DNA from: an uncultured Acidimicrobiia bacterium
Lineage (GTDB): Bacteria > Actinomycetota > Acidimicrobiia > Spongiisociales > UBA5794
Assembly: GCA_963821095.1 (NCBI GenBank)
Contig: CAWGCJ010000002.1
Location: 360,954 to 424,953 of the forward strand
DNA: 64,000 bases
Reading direction: 5' to 3'
A program made the translations under genes and the position numbers. Positions within the stretch are counted from its first letter, which is position 1. The number at the start of each line of letters is the position of its first letter. Shown piece by piece: positions 1 to 9,184 of the stretch. The notes beneath the pieces were generated by a model. It worked only from the letters and a program-made list of their open reading frames with translations. It was not told where the DNA came from and did no database searches.

Positions 1-1595
1 ATGTGAGCCCATCGGTGCCCTGGCCGGTCGATTGGCCGGCGGCGAGATCGACCGTCACGCCGTTGGTGGCGCCGCCGTAGCTGGCGGTGTCGCTGCCGCT
101 ACCAGCCAGCAGCGTGTCGTCGCCCGGACCACCGAGCATCGTGTCGTCGCCGTCGCCGCCGCAGATGAGGTCGTCTCCTCCCCCACCTTGAATCAAGTCG
201 TCACCGTCGCCACCGGCGATGACATCGTCGCCCGATGTGCCGTTGAGGACGTCGTTGCCCGCGGTGCCATCGAGAGTGGCAAGGCGACCTTGACAGAACT
301 GTGGGAGTGTCGCTGCGAAAACGAGAGCATTTGCCGCCAGGTGCCCGCCGTCGGCTGTCGCGTCCCACGAACTTTCGAAGACGTCATCCGACATCGGGGC
401 AAAGCTGAGGCCAACGACACGTCCGGTCGGTTGCGACTTCGTCGCCACCAACGGCTCGTGGCCGGGACTCGACCAAGTGGCCACAAGCAAAGAACCGGGG
501 GTGAGGGTTGTGGTCGAGCGCCAACTACCGGGACCTCCGTCGAACGCCGCCACGTCCGAGAGCAGCGGGTGGGTGGCCTTCTTGGGAACAAGAACGAACG
601 GACCGTCACCGGAGAGCATGGAGGCACTGGTGGTCAGCGGCGCATAGCCGTCGGATACGATCCGGCCCGCCATGTCGAACCGGGAGGTCCAGACCGAATT
701 CAGCACCACGCCGCCTCCGGCGTCGACGTAGTCGGCCAGCACGTCGCCCATGGCCACCGGATCACCAAAGGCGTAGTTGGACCACGCCATGACGGAGTCG
801 TAGCGCTGCAGGTCGGCGAGGCTCGGCGTTGCGAAACGCACGTCATAGACGTCTACCCAGGCCACCTTGCCGGTCGCATGGACCTTGGACGCAACGTCAC
901 GGGTCCACCCCGAGTCCACCTCGGCGGCGTAGAGCCCTGCCCGGTGGCCCCCCGCGGGCTGCTCAACCGAGAGCGACCAAGAGTCGAGACTGCCGGTGTC
1001 TCCGGCGGCATGGTCGATGACCGTCAACTCCCAGACTACCGCCGACGTTCTCGCCGTCGAAGCCGGACAGCGGGTTGTTGGGCGAGAAGGTGCCCTCGAT
1101 GGCCAGCGGAGGCGGATCGCCCTCGAAACACGCTTCTTCCACCGGATCGCCGGCCTCGTCGTCGAGCGTGGCGGCAATGCCGTCGCCCGAACATCCGTAC
1201 TGACGGGGGGTCGGTGCGCCGGGGCGGTCGATGATCGAAACGGCGGTACCGGTATCGACGTGGGTCAGCACAACTTCGAGGTCCCCAACCCAGGTATGGG
1301 TGATTGCGAGAGTGACGGTGAGGTCCTCGATGGTGCCCTGCGAATCAACGACCATGCTGCTGGTCGCTTCGCCGGGTCCGCCGTCGGCGAGATCGATCGG
1401 GACATCGGTGGCCGAGAACACGACGCGACCTCCGTCGTAGACAGGTGCAACGCCGAGCACATCGCCCGCCTCAGCAACCTGCTCAAACTGCGGTGCGTCA
1501 TCCTCCGCAGCTGCGACTGGCACCGCCATCGTCAGCAACAGCAAGACCGCGAGCAGTGATGGCGCCGGCAAACGGCCGATCAACCCATACTTCAT
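1..1595 (-). CDS. Secreted protein with a proprotein-convertase-type P-domain followed by hemolysin-type (RTX) Ca-binding repeats. Appears frameshifted near 1010-1020. The 3' end runs past the window start.
   Basis: The N-terminus ([30 protein letters not shown]) is a signal peptide. A P-domain motif ([29 protein letters not shown]) is present. The P-domain tail ([24 protein letters not shown]) continues in the adjacent frame. My own translation of the lower-coordinate part gives tandem [39 protein letters not shown] nonapeptide repeats. The + strand 400-aa ORF 32..1234 is Arg-rich antisense noise. Confidence 0.6.
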
Positions 1596-1848
1596 CGGAC
1601 ACTCCGTGAATGGACCCTGGCCGGGAATATCCGATTACTGTATCGAACCTCGGGTTTTCTACAAGGACTACGCGGCAATAGTCACTCGACGAGCCCAGCC
1701 AGATCGGTCGACGAGGTCCACCCGCGCTCGGCTCAGTTCGATGGCCACCAGGCAGTGTCCGGGAAGGCGCCGTACCAGGCGAACCAGAAGGACTGGCCGC
1801 TGACCAACCGCTCGAGTCGGGTGCCATCGGTCCAGCACCAGGAACTCC

Positions 1849-2960
1849 TCATCGGCCTCGGCACCGACTAGGTCGGACTCGGCCAGCGCGGTGTCCCCGG
1901 CCGAGTAGAACCGAGCGCCGCCGTTGGTAGGCACCACGCAACCGTCGCCTCGCCGACCTCGAGAATCTGCGGACCCTGCTCGCCGAGAATCGAAACTCGA
2001 CCGCGAGGCGGGCGCCGTTCCAGTCGAGCGTCGCCACTTCTGCCTTCTCTCGAATGGCATCGGGCACCGAATAGGTGGGGAACCACAGCTCATCGGACCC
2101 GTAGTAGTCGGCGTAGGCATCGCCCGGCTGGTAGGAGTACCGACCGTCGGCGGGAATCGCCACGACGTCGGTGTCGGGATGCTCCGCGGTCCAATCTCAT
2201 AGAGGGTCACGGTCAGCGGGAACCGATCCAACACCGTACCCGCGTAGTCGCCGGCGAATGCCTCACCGGTGAGTTGTTCCCACAGACTGCCGGTCTGGCG
2301 ATCCATCATCACCTTGTTGGAGTTCCACAGCAGCCCGGAGGTCTGGAAGTCGAGCACTGCATCGCCTACCCGCCGGCTGTAGAGAACCCCGGTGCGGCAC
2401 AGGGTGCAATTGACCAAGGCCACCGGCTCGCCGCCGAGCGTGTCGTTGGCGAGCTCGTGGTGATCGAGAATGCGATGGGGATAGGACCGTGCGGCGCCGT
2501 TAACCACCGCACCAAAGGTCAGTTCATCCGGCTCCATGTAGTCGGCGGCTGCGATCGAGATGGTGCGTTCGTCGTTCAATTCGGGGATCCCACCGACCAG
2601 CACGCCACCCCATTGCACCTGGGCGACGAGCGCCGGATCGTCGATCTGTCGCAGCAGCGCCGCAAACCGATCGTCGATCGCCGCGTACAACGTGGCCTTG
2701 AAGTCGATGTATTCGGCCCCGGGGTTAATGGCGTTGTCGTACATCCACCTGCCGTAGTAGCGGTGGGCGGCCACGAGGTCCTCCGGACCGGGGTCTCCGG
2801 TGATTTGCCGCAGCGCGTGATGCCCGGCCAAGAAGACTTCGGCCGTCGCGTAGAGCCGCAGATCGAGGATGTACGGGACCCAGCGGGGATCGCCGGTCTC
2901 ACCCATCGCGGCAAGCAGGGGCATCAATACTGCTGGATCGGGGGCCGCCAGGAAATCCAT
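1849..2960 (-). CDS. DUF3179-family protein. The reading frame breaks near 2165-2200. The C-terminal part is in ORF 1849..2163, and a possible signal peptide lies in a third frame at 2924..3202.
   Basis: The DUF3179 core motif SYPHRILDHHELANDTLGGEPVALVNCTLCRTGVLY is present. After ...TVTLYEIGPRS the 430-aa ORF becomes Pro/Arg-rich nonsense. The adjacent-frame ORF 1849..2163 reads like a genuine C-terminus (MAIPADGRYSYQPGDAYADYYGSDELWFPTYSV...). Confidence 0.55.
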
Positions 2961-3250
2961 CGCCGCATCGTGTAGCTCCCTGGGACCGACCTCCAGTGCC
3001 GTTGCCGTGGTCGCGTGGTTTGCGGCGCTGCGGGTGCCGTGGTCGGCGTCACCGGGAGGCTTCCGCCGCGGCCTGCTGCTCGGCGTCGCGCGGGAGCACT
3101 TCGACTGCCGGATCGATGACTTCGCTGGGGCCGAGAACGAGGAGCAAGACGCACCGCAGCAACGCCAACGGCCGCCAATCCGAACCAGGACGCTCGATTC
3201 ATGATCCCCTCAACCCGGCCACCCGCGGTACGTTCCCGGCGATCCGACCG

Positions 3251-4054
3251 TCAGCGGCCCTCGAAGCGGGGAGGCTCTTTGGCCAGAAACGCCCGAACTC
3301 CCTCGACGAAGTCCTGCGAGGCGAGGAGGACGGCTTGGGCTTGATTCTCGAACTGAATGGCCTGCTCGAATGTCATCGTCGTCGACCGGTCGAGGCCAAC
3401 CTTGATGAAGCGCTGAGCCAACGGTGCTCCCGCGGCGAGTTCGCCTGCCAACGTGGTGGCCGTCTCGAGCAGGCGTTCCGGCGGCACGACCCGGGCGACC
3501 AGTCCGATCTCGAGCGCCTCGGCAGCACCCACAATGCGCCCGGTCAACGCAAGTTCTCGAGCCTTCGCCAGTCCCACCAAACGGGGCAAGAGCCAGGTCC
3601 CCCCGAAGTCGAGTGCCAAGCCGCGCTGCACGAAGATCTCCGAGAAGCGGGCCTGCTCGCTGGCCACGACAATGTCGCATCCCAAGGCAAGGTTCATTCC
3701 GGCACCAACCGCGACTCCGTCGACTGCAGCGATTGTCGGCTTGGAGAGACGATGGAGCGCGGTCGCCGCGCCTCCGGGTGCCGCCATCGCGGCGAGATTG
3801 TCCGCAGCACTCGGAACGGTCCCTCCCCCGAACATGGCTGCTCGAGCGGGCTGAGGTCGGCCCCGGCGCAGAAGTCGCTTCCCGAACCGGTCAGGACCAA
3901 GACCCGCTGGTCCGAGTGCTCGAAGTCGGAGAAGGCTGCGGCCAGCACATCCCACTGATCACTCGGGACCGCGTTCTTTCGCTCCGGACTGTTGAGCGTG
4001 AGCGTGCGGATCGGCCCATCGTCGGCCACGAGAAGGAATCCGTCGGCAGTCATA
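3251..4054 (-). CDS. Enoyl-CoA hydratase/isomerase (crotonase) family protein with an apparent frameshift near 3850.
   Basis: The N-terminal half is in ORF 3694..4194 (MTADGFLLVADDGPIRTLTLNSPERKNAVPS...VLVLTGSGSDFCAGADLS). The C-terminal half is in ORF 3251..3955 (...KPTIAAVDGVAVGAGMNLALGCDIVVASEQARF...). The join falls at a G/C homopolymer (gggggaggg). Confidence 0.6.
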
Positions 4055-4226
4055 GCCGGGAAGCTTACGGGTTCGAGCCGCTGAGGGCCTACCATCGCCG
4101 GAGTGGGTCTCAATCCGTTCCGCCAACAGCGCAATTCGCCGCTCGACACGGCTCTCGTCGCCGGTTTCATCGTCATCGTGACGGTGCTGGTCATCTGGGG
4201 CTTCTTTGGGTGAGGCCCGGGCAGAT

Positions 4227-4422
4227 GTCATCCTCGCTCGACCCTGAGGTCGTAAACGTCATCCAGCCGTATCAGGCTCGCAAGACCTACACCTGTCCGG
4301 GTTGTGTACTCGCCATCACGCCGGGGACCGGCCACCTCGTCGTCGTCCCCGAGTGGACCCCGGAGCTGCGCCGCCATTGGCACCGTGGCTGCTGGTACAA
4401 GGAGCAACGGCGCCGGCCGTAG
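4227..4422 (+). CDS. Small conserved hypothetical protein (~64 aa) rich in Cys and His, possibly metal-binding.
   Basis: Starts at an ATG (MSSSLDPEVVNVIQPYQARKTYTCPGCVLAITPGTGHLVVVPEWTPELRRHWHRGCWYKEQRRRP). Composition is non-junk, unlike the upstream Arg-rich part of ORF 3424..4422. It sits between convergent genes. Confidence 0.4.
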
Positions 4423-4452
4423 CGCAGTGTTGCTGCATCATGCCGCCGCGTG

Positions 4453-4800
4453 TCAACAGGCGTACGGCAGCCACCGGATGTCGACACCATCAGCCCGCAC
4501 CGTGACCCCGATGACGTCGACACGGTTCACCGCAGGTTCGAGGGATCGGGCCAACGTTCTCACCTGGCGAGCCTTGGCCGGGGTGAAGTGATCGAGCGGA
4601 TCATCGCTCGGCACACTGGGAACAATGGTCTTGACCTCGACGGCGGCAACCGTTCGCCCGAAACGAACCAGGAGGTCGATTTCGCCACGGCCAACAACCT
4701 CATTGCGGGCGAGGATCACTCCGCCGCGAGCCACCAGGAATCGTGCCGCGACGTGCTCACCGAATCTGCCGAGACGTCGCCGATGCTCGGCCGGCGTCAG
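4453..4800 (-). CDS. yraN: YraN-family (UPF0102) endonuclease. The start is uncertain and may overlap the stop of the DUF2469 gene.
   Basis: Carries the YraN core motif GEHVAARFLVARGGVILARNEVVGRGEIDLLVRFGRTVAAVEVKT. The upstream part of ORF 4453..4896 overlaps the DUF2469 gene and is low-complexity. Confidence 0.6.
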   Translation of the reverse strand: MTPAEHRRRLGRFGEHVAARFLVARGGVILARNEVVGRGEIDLLVRFGRTVAAVEVKTIVPSVPSDDPLDHFTPAKARQVRTLARSLEPAVNRVDVIGVTVRADGVDIRWLPYAC

Positions 4801-5093
4801 AGCTGGTTGGCTTGTTCCAGCTCTTCGATGTTGACGTCGCGGAACGTCATGACCTTCACCCGTTTCACGAAACGGGCCGGGCGATACATGTCCCATACCC
4901 AGGCATCATCCAGTTCGAGTTCGAAGTACACGGAACCGTCGACCCGGCGGGTATTGAGCTCGACACCGTTGGCGAGGTAGAAACGCCGCTCCGTCTCGAT
5001 GACGTAGCGGAACATGGGGAGCACATCGCGGTACTCCTTGTAGATCTTCAGCTCTACGTCGGTCTCGTATCTCTCGAGATCCTCTTCAGCCAT
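4797..5093 (-). CDS. DUF2469 family protein (conserved actinobacterial).
   Basis: MAEEDLERYETDVELKIYKEYRDVLPMFRYVIETERRFYLANGVELNTRRVDGSVYFELELDDAWVWDMYRPARFVKRVKV. It is in the syntenic position next to lepB and yraN. Confidence 0.75.
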   Translation of the reverse strand: MAEEDLERYETDVELKIYKEYRDVLPMFRYVIETERRFYLANGVELNTRRVDGSVYFELELDDAWVWDMYRPARFVKRVKVMTFRDVNIEELEQANQL

Positions 5094-5223
5094 CGGCCTT
5101 CTCCATCGATCGGTGCGAAGTGGCCAGAAGGCTAGCTCTGAAACCTACCGGGTCAAGGCTTCGCTCCCAGTGATACCACTGGAGTGTGACAGTTCGGCTG
5201 GCTCCTATCCGCCGAACTGGTCA

Positions 5224-5923
5224 TCACAAACCTCCCCAGCGGGAAGGTGGCCAGATGATCACAAAGGCCCGGCCGACGACGTCATCGACCGGAATGGGTC
5301 CAAATACCCGACTGTCAGAACTCGATCCACGGTTGTCGCCCATGACAAAGACATAGCCCTCTGGTATCAGTTCGGGGCCAAAGTCCGACGTCTGCACCCC
5401 TGGTGCCAGGTACGGCTCCTCGATCGGTGTGCCGTCGATCATGACCACCCCGCTGCGGATGCTGATCGGTCTCGCCCGGCAGCGCAATGACCCGCTTGAT
5501 GAACTCCGATCGGGGCGCCGAGAGCCCAACCGATTCCGCGACATTCCGCAACGCCGAGCCCAGCAGCGACTCGCCGTCGGATCCCTCGTCGTTGGGGTCG
5601 TCAAACACGATGACCTGGCCGCGCTTGATGTCGCCAAACCGGTACGACAGCTTGTTGACCATGATCCGATCATTGATCTGGAGCGTCTCGACCATCGATT
5701 CGGAGGGAATGTAGAAGGACTGGAGCACGAAGGTCTTCAGCAAGACCGCTGCGACGAGGGCAACCAGGAGCAGCAGCGGCAGTTCCCTCCAGAACGAGCG
5801 CTCGGCCGCCACCTGATCCGCCTCATCACGCGCCGTTGCGCGCATCTCGTCAACGGCCTCATGGGCGCCGGAGAAGAGATCCGAGGATTCGGAGGGCAAC
5901 GGATCGAGCATTGAGGTGGTCAC
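5224..5923 (-). CDS. lepB: Signal peptidase I, paralog 1, with an apparent frameshift near 5440-5470.
   Basis: The N-terminal part (ORF 5315..5923) carries the catalytic-region motifs (...IPSESMVETLQINDRIMVNKLSYRFGDIKRGQVIVF...IKRVIALPGE) and then turns to nonsense. The true C-terminus is in ORF 5224..5673 (...DGTPIEEPYLAPGVQTSDFGPELIPEGYVFVMGDNRGSSSDSRVFGPIPVDDVVGRAFVIIWPPSRWGGL). It is near-identical in organisation to the intact paralog at 6641..7327. Confidence 0.6.
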
Positions 5924-5954
5924 CGGCGCCGACCATACCCCAGCGGGGCATCAA

Positions 5955-6539
5955 TCCATCGTCATGGAGCGATGGCGTCTGGCCCACCCAGGTAGTCGTG
6001 CCACAGCAGGCGGGCGGCCACCGATCGCCAGGGACGCCACGCCTCAGCCATCTCGACGCCGGACTTGTGAGGTGGGGACGTGGTCGAGGCGCCTTGGCTC
6101 GACCCAATGAGACCAGCAACGCCCGGTCACCCGGCGGCCACGCATCGATCCGGCCGAGCGCAAACATGAGGTACACGTCTGCCGTCCACGGGCCGATCCC
6201 CCGGATTGCGACGAGCCGTCGGCGCGCCTCGTCATCGTCGAGCAATCCGATGTGGTCGAGGTCGATGGAACCGTCGAGGACCCCGGCGGCAAGTCCGCGG
6301 CAGTACCCGGCCTTCTGCGCACTGAATCCGATAGCTCCTAGCTGAGCGTCATCGAGGGACAGGAATGCCGCCGGCTCGACATCACCCAAGGCTGCCTGCA
6401 AACGGTCGAAGGCTGCCCGCGCCGAAGCCAACGACACCTGCTGTTCGAGGATGATCAGGACGACAGGTGGAAAAGCTCGCCTCGCGTCGCCACAGCGGCG
6501 GGACACCATTGCAAGCGACGAGACGCTCCAGATCGGCAT
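5955..6539 (-). CDS. HhH-GPD DNA glycosylase (AlkA-like 3-methyladenine glycosylase II) with an apparent frameshift near 6075-6100.
   Basis: Carries the HhH-GPD region (...LVAIRGIGPWTADVYLMFALGRIDAWPPGDRALLVSLGRAKA). The AlkA-type C-terminus (MAEAWRPWRSVAARLLWHDYL) is found in the neighbouring frame and ends ~5955. Confidence 0.55.
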
Positions 6540-6640
6540 CCTGGGCCGCCAACCATTCAGTGCCGGCTCGCAGGAGGCCGGGCGTGATGACGTCGATCAT
6601 CAGGCACCGTACCGAATCGGGCCGTGCGGTGGCGGAGACC

Positions 6641-7327
6641 CTACAACCCGCTCCACCGACTGGGGGGCCAGATGATCACAAACGCCCGGCCGACGATGCG
6701 ATCCCCATGGATCGGCCCGGTGCTGCGACTGTCGAGCGACGACCCGCGGTTGTCACCCATCACGAAGAAGTGGTCCTGGGGGATCAACTCTGGTCCAAAC
6801 TTGCGCATGGAGACATCGTCCGCCAGGTACGGCTCGTCAATTGCCGTCCCGTCGATGAAGACCTTGTTGTTGCGGATTTCCAACGTCTCGCCGGGCAGGC
6901 CGATGACTCGCTTGATCAGGTCGGAGTCGGGGGTGGAGAGCCCGATCGATTCTCCGATGTTGCGCAAGACGACCGTCGGCAGCGATTCCTCCTGCGCCGA
7001 CTCCGGCTCGAACACAACAACCTGTCCACGAGCAACATCTCCGAAGCGGTAGGACAGCTTGTTCACCAGGACCCGGTCGTTGATCTCAAGCGTGTCGACC
7101 ATCGACTCCGAGGGGATGAAGAAGGCCTGGACAAGAAACGTCTTGATGACGACGGCAAGAACAAGAGCGATGAGCACCAAGACCGGCAACTCGCGCCAGA
7201 ACGAGCGTTCCTTCTTCTTGGTCTTTTTGTCGGCCTCTGCCGACTCTTCCGGGACCACGGTGTCAACCCCGGCTGGGTCGAGCGGATCAGGGGTCGCCTG
7301 ATCGAAGGGTGTCGGAGGAACCGCCAA
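6641..7327 (-). CDS. lepB: Signal peptidase I, paralog 2 (intact).
   Basis: The 228-aa ORF has a TM anchor, the SESM Ser box, the KRVIGLPGE Lys box and the GDNRGSSLDSR box. Confidence 0.85.
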   Translation of the reverse strand: MAVPPTPFDQATPDPLDPAGVDTVVPEESAEADKKTKKKERSFWRELPVLVLIALVLAVVIKTFLVQAFFIPSESMVDTLEINDRVLVNKLSYRFGDVARGQVVVFEPESAQEESLPTVVLRNIGESIGLSTPDSDLIKRVIGLPGETLEIRNNKVFIDGTAIDEPYLADDVSMRKFGPELIPQDHFFVMGDNRGSSLDSRSTGPIHGDRIVGRAFVIIWPPSRWSGL

Positions 7328-7342
7328 ACCGCAGCGTTGCCG

Positions 7343-7687
7343 CTAGTCGCGCTTCTCTTTGATGCGGGTGGCCTTACCGACCCGATCGCGCAGGTAGTAG
7401 AGCTTGGCGCGCCGCACGTCGCCGCGGCGCAGCACCTCGATCGATTGGATGATCGGGGCATGCACCGGGAAGATGCGCTCGACGCCGACGCCGAAACTCA
7501 CCTTGCGTACGGTGAACGATTCGCGGGCTCCGCCACCGTTGCGGGCAATGACGACGCCCTCGAAGGCCTGGACGCGTTCACGTCCACCCTCGATGACTCG
7601 CACATTGACACGCAGGGTGTCTCCCGGACCGAAGTCGGGAATGTCTTCGCGCAAGTAAGCGCTCTCGATGTGGTCGAGCGTGTTCAC
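7343..7687 (-). CDS. rplS: 50S ribosomal protein L19.
   Basis: The 114-aa ORF carries the L19 signature (...[60 protein letters not shown]). Confidence 0.95.
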   Translation of the reverse strand: MNTLDHIESAYLREDIPDFGPGDTLRVNVRVIEGGRERVQAFEGVVIARNGGGARESFTVRKVSFGVGVERIFPVHAPIIQSIEVLRRGDVRRAKLYYLRDRVGKATRIKEKRD

Positions 7688-7744
7688 GGACCCTCCAAGG
7701 AATGGAGCAGGGAAAAAGGGAAACTCGAATCCGGGAGTTTACCC

Positions 7745-8437
7745 CTATTGCACCGATTCCGGAAACTCCTCTTTTCCATCGAGCAGATCGGGGCGGCGTC
7801 GGCGGGTCCGCTGCACCCTCTGGTCTTGGCGCCATTGCGCAATCTTGCCGTGATCGCCCGACAGCAACACCTCGGGAACCGCCCAGCCGCGATAGACGGC
7901 GGGGCGGGTGTACTGGGGCTCCTCGAGCATCCCGGCGCGAAAGCTCTCGGTCTCCACCGACTGCGGGTTGCCGACCACGCCGGGCAGCAAACGGGTGACA
8001 CCCTCGATGATGGCAAGGGCGGCAACCTCGCCGCCGAGCAGCACGTAGTCGCCCAACGAGACCTCTTCGTCGATCAGGTGCTCGGCGACACGCTCGTCGA
8101 TGCCCTCGTAGCGGCCACACACCAATGTGAGATCGTCGAGTGTCGCATAGCGATCAAGCGTCGCCTGGTCGAGAGGACGCCCGGCCGGCGTCAGGAGAAC
8201 CCGGTGGCTGCCCTCGAGCGGCTCCAATGCGGCCGCCAACGGCTCGACCATCATCACCATGCCCGCTCCGCCGCCGAAGGGGGCGTCGTCGACCTGACGG
8301 TGAACGCCCTTTCCGAATGTTCTCAGGTCGACCATTTCGACCTCGAGCAGCCCGGCGTCGCCCGCCTTGCCGATGAGGCTGGTGGTCAGCGGCGAGGTGA
8401 AGTAGTCAGGGAAGATAGTGACAATGTTGATCCGCAC
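7745..8437 (-). CDS. trmD: tRNA (guanine37-N1)-methyltransferase.
   Basis: The 230-aa ORF matches TrmD throughout (MRINIVTIFPDYF...VCGRYEGIDERV...). Confidence 0.95.
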   Translation of the reverse strand: MRINIVTIFPDYFTSPLTTSLIGKAGDAGLLEVEMVDLRTFGKGVHRQVDDAPFGGGAGMVMMVEPLAAALEPLEGSHRVLLTPAGRPLDQATLDRYATLDDLTLVCGRYEGIDERVAEHLIDEEVSLGDYVLLGGEVAALAIIEGVTRLLPGVVGNPQSVETESFRAGMLEEPQYTRPAVYRGWAVPEVLLSGDHGKIAQWRQDQRVQRTRRRRPDLLDGKEEFPESVQ

Positions 8438-8552
8438 GCCTACAGGGTATCCTCCGCGGAGCCGACCGAGAGCAACCGTGATCGATCCAGACCAGTCGTA
8501 CGATGATGGTTGGCCGGAACCCGGGGCCGGCTCTGCTCACGATGACGACCCC

Positions 8553-9131
8553 ATGGAGCGACCCTCGGTGTGGCCACGCCACCGGGAAGGCCGCCAGCCC
8601 AATCCGGGAGCGGTCCGCAAAGCGAGCCGCTCCGGGCCCGCTCCCCGTGTCATCCCATCCGGGCGGAATGTCGAACCGCTGCATGTGATCGCCGACCTCA
8701 CCGCGCCCGCGGTGACGCCGCACACAGCCGGGACCCTCCACTCTGCCGATAACGAACCAGCCGCCGGATCGCTCTGGGATGAGTCAACCCAGGGTTGGGT
8801 ACGAACCAAAGAGGGCAGCGCTCAATGGCGAACGATCCTCACCACCACCGACGTTGTTGCTCGCTACACGGTCGGCACCCACCTGGGACTTGCCACCGGG
8901 GAGGCCGCGGTCACAGTCCACGGCGACGACACCCGCTCCCTGGGCGGGACGTTGCTACGAGCCCGCCGGATCGCCGTCGACGGCATGACCCGCCGAGCGG
9001 TCGACAGGGGCGCTCACGCTGTGATCGGCGTCTCTATCGCCTACACCCCGTTTGCCGGGAACCTGCTCGTTACCGCCACCGGCACGGCCGTGACGCTCAT
9101 GTTGCCCACCGGCCCGCAATACGACCACTAG
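8553..9131 (+). CDS. YbjQ/UPF0145 (putative heavy-metal-binding, DUF74) domain protein with a low-complexity N-terminal extension. The start is uncertain.
   Basis: The C-terminal ~105 aa matches YbjQ family topology (TTTDVVARYTVGTHLGLATGEAAV...RAVDRGAHAVIGVSIAYTPFAGNLLVTATGTAVTL). It lies divergent from trmD. Confidence 0.5.
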   Translation: MERPSVWPRHREGRQPNPGAVRKASRSGPAPRVIPSGRNVEPLHVIADLTAPAVTPHTAGTLHSADNEPAAGSLWDESTQGWVRTKEGSAQWRTILTTTDVVARYTVGTHLGLATGEAAVTVHGDDTRSLGGTLLRARRIAVDGMTRRAVDRGAHAVIGVSIAYTPFAGNLLVTATGTAVTLMLPTGPQYDH

Positions 9132-9184
9132 CCACCAAACACTTTTACCATCAACTTTCGGGCAAAGAGGTCGAAAACCACACC

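Noticed and set aside
32-1234. 400-aa + strand ORF at the window start
   Set aside because: It is Arg/Gly/Pro-rich with no domain. It lies exactly antisense to the P-domain/RTX gene, whose signal peptide, P-domain and repeats are convincing.
2996-4422. + strand ORFs 2996..3958 and 3424..4422
   Set aside because: They are antisense shadows of the enoyl-CoA hydratase gene. Only the last ~65 codons, 4227..4422, look like a genuine small protein.
6467-8506. 679-aa + strand ORF
   Set aside because: It is antisense to lepB, rplS and trmD, all of which are unambiguous. Its composition is Arg/Asp-rich and low-complexity.
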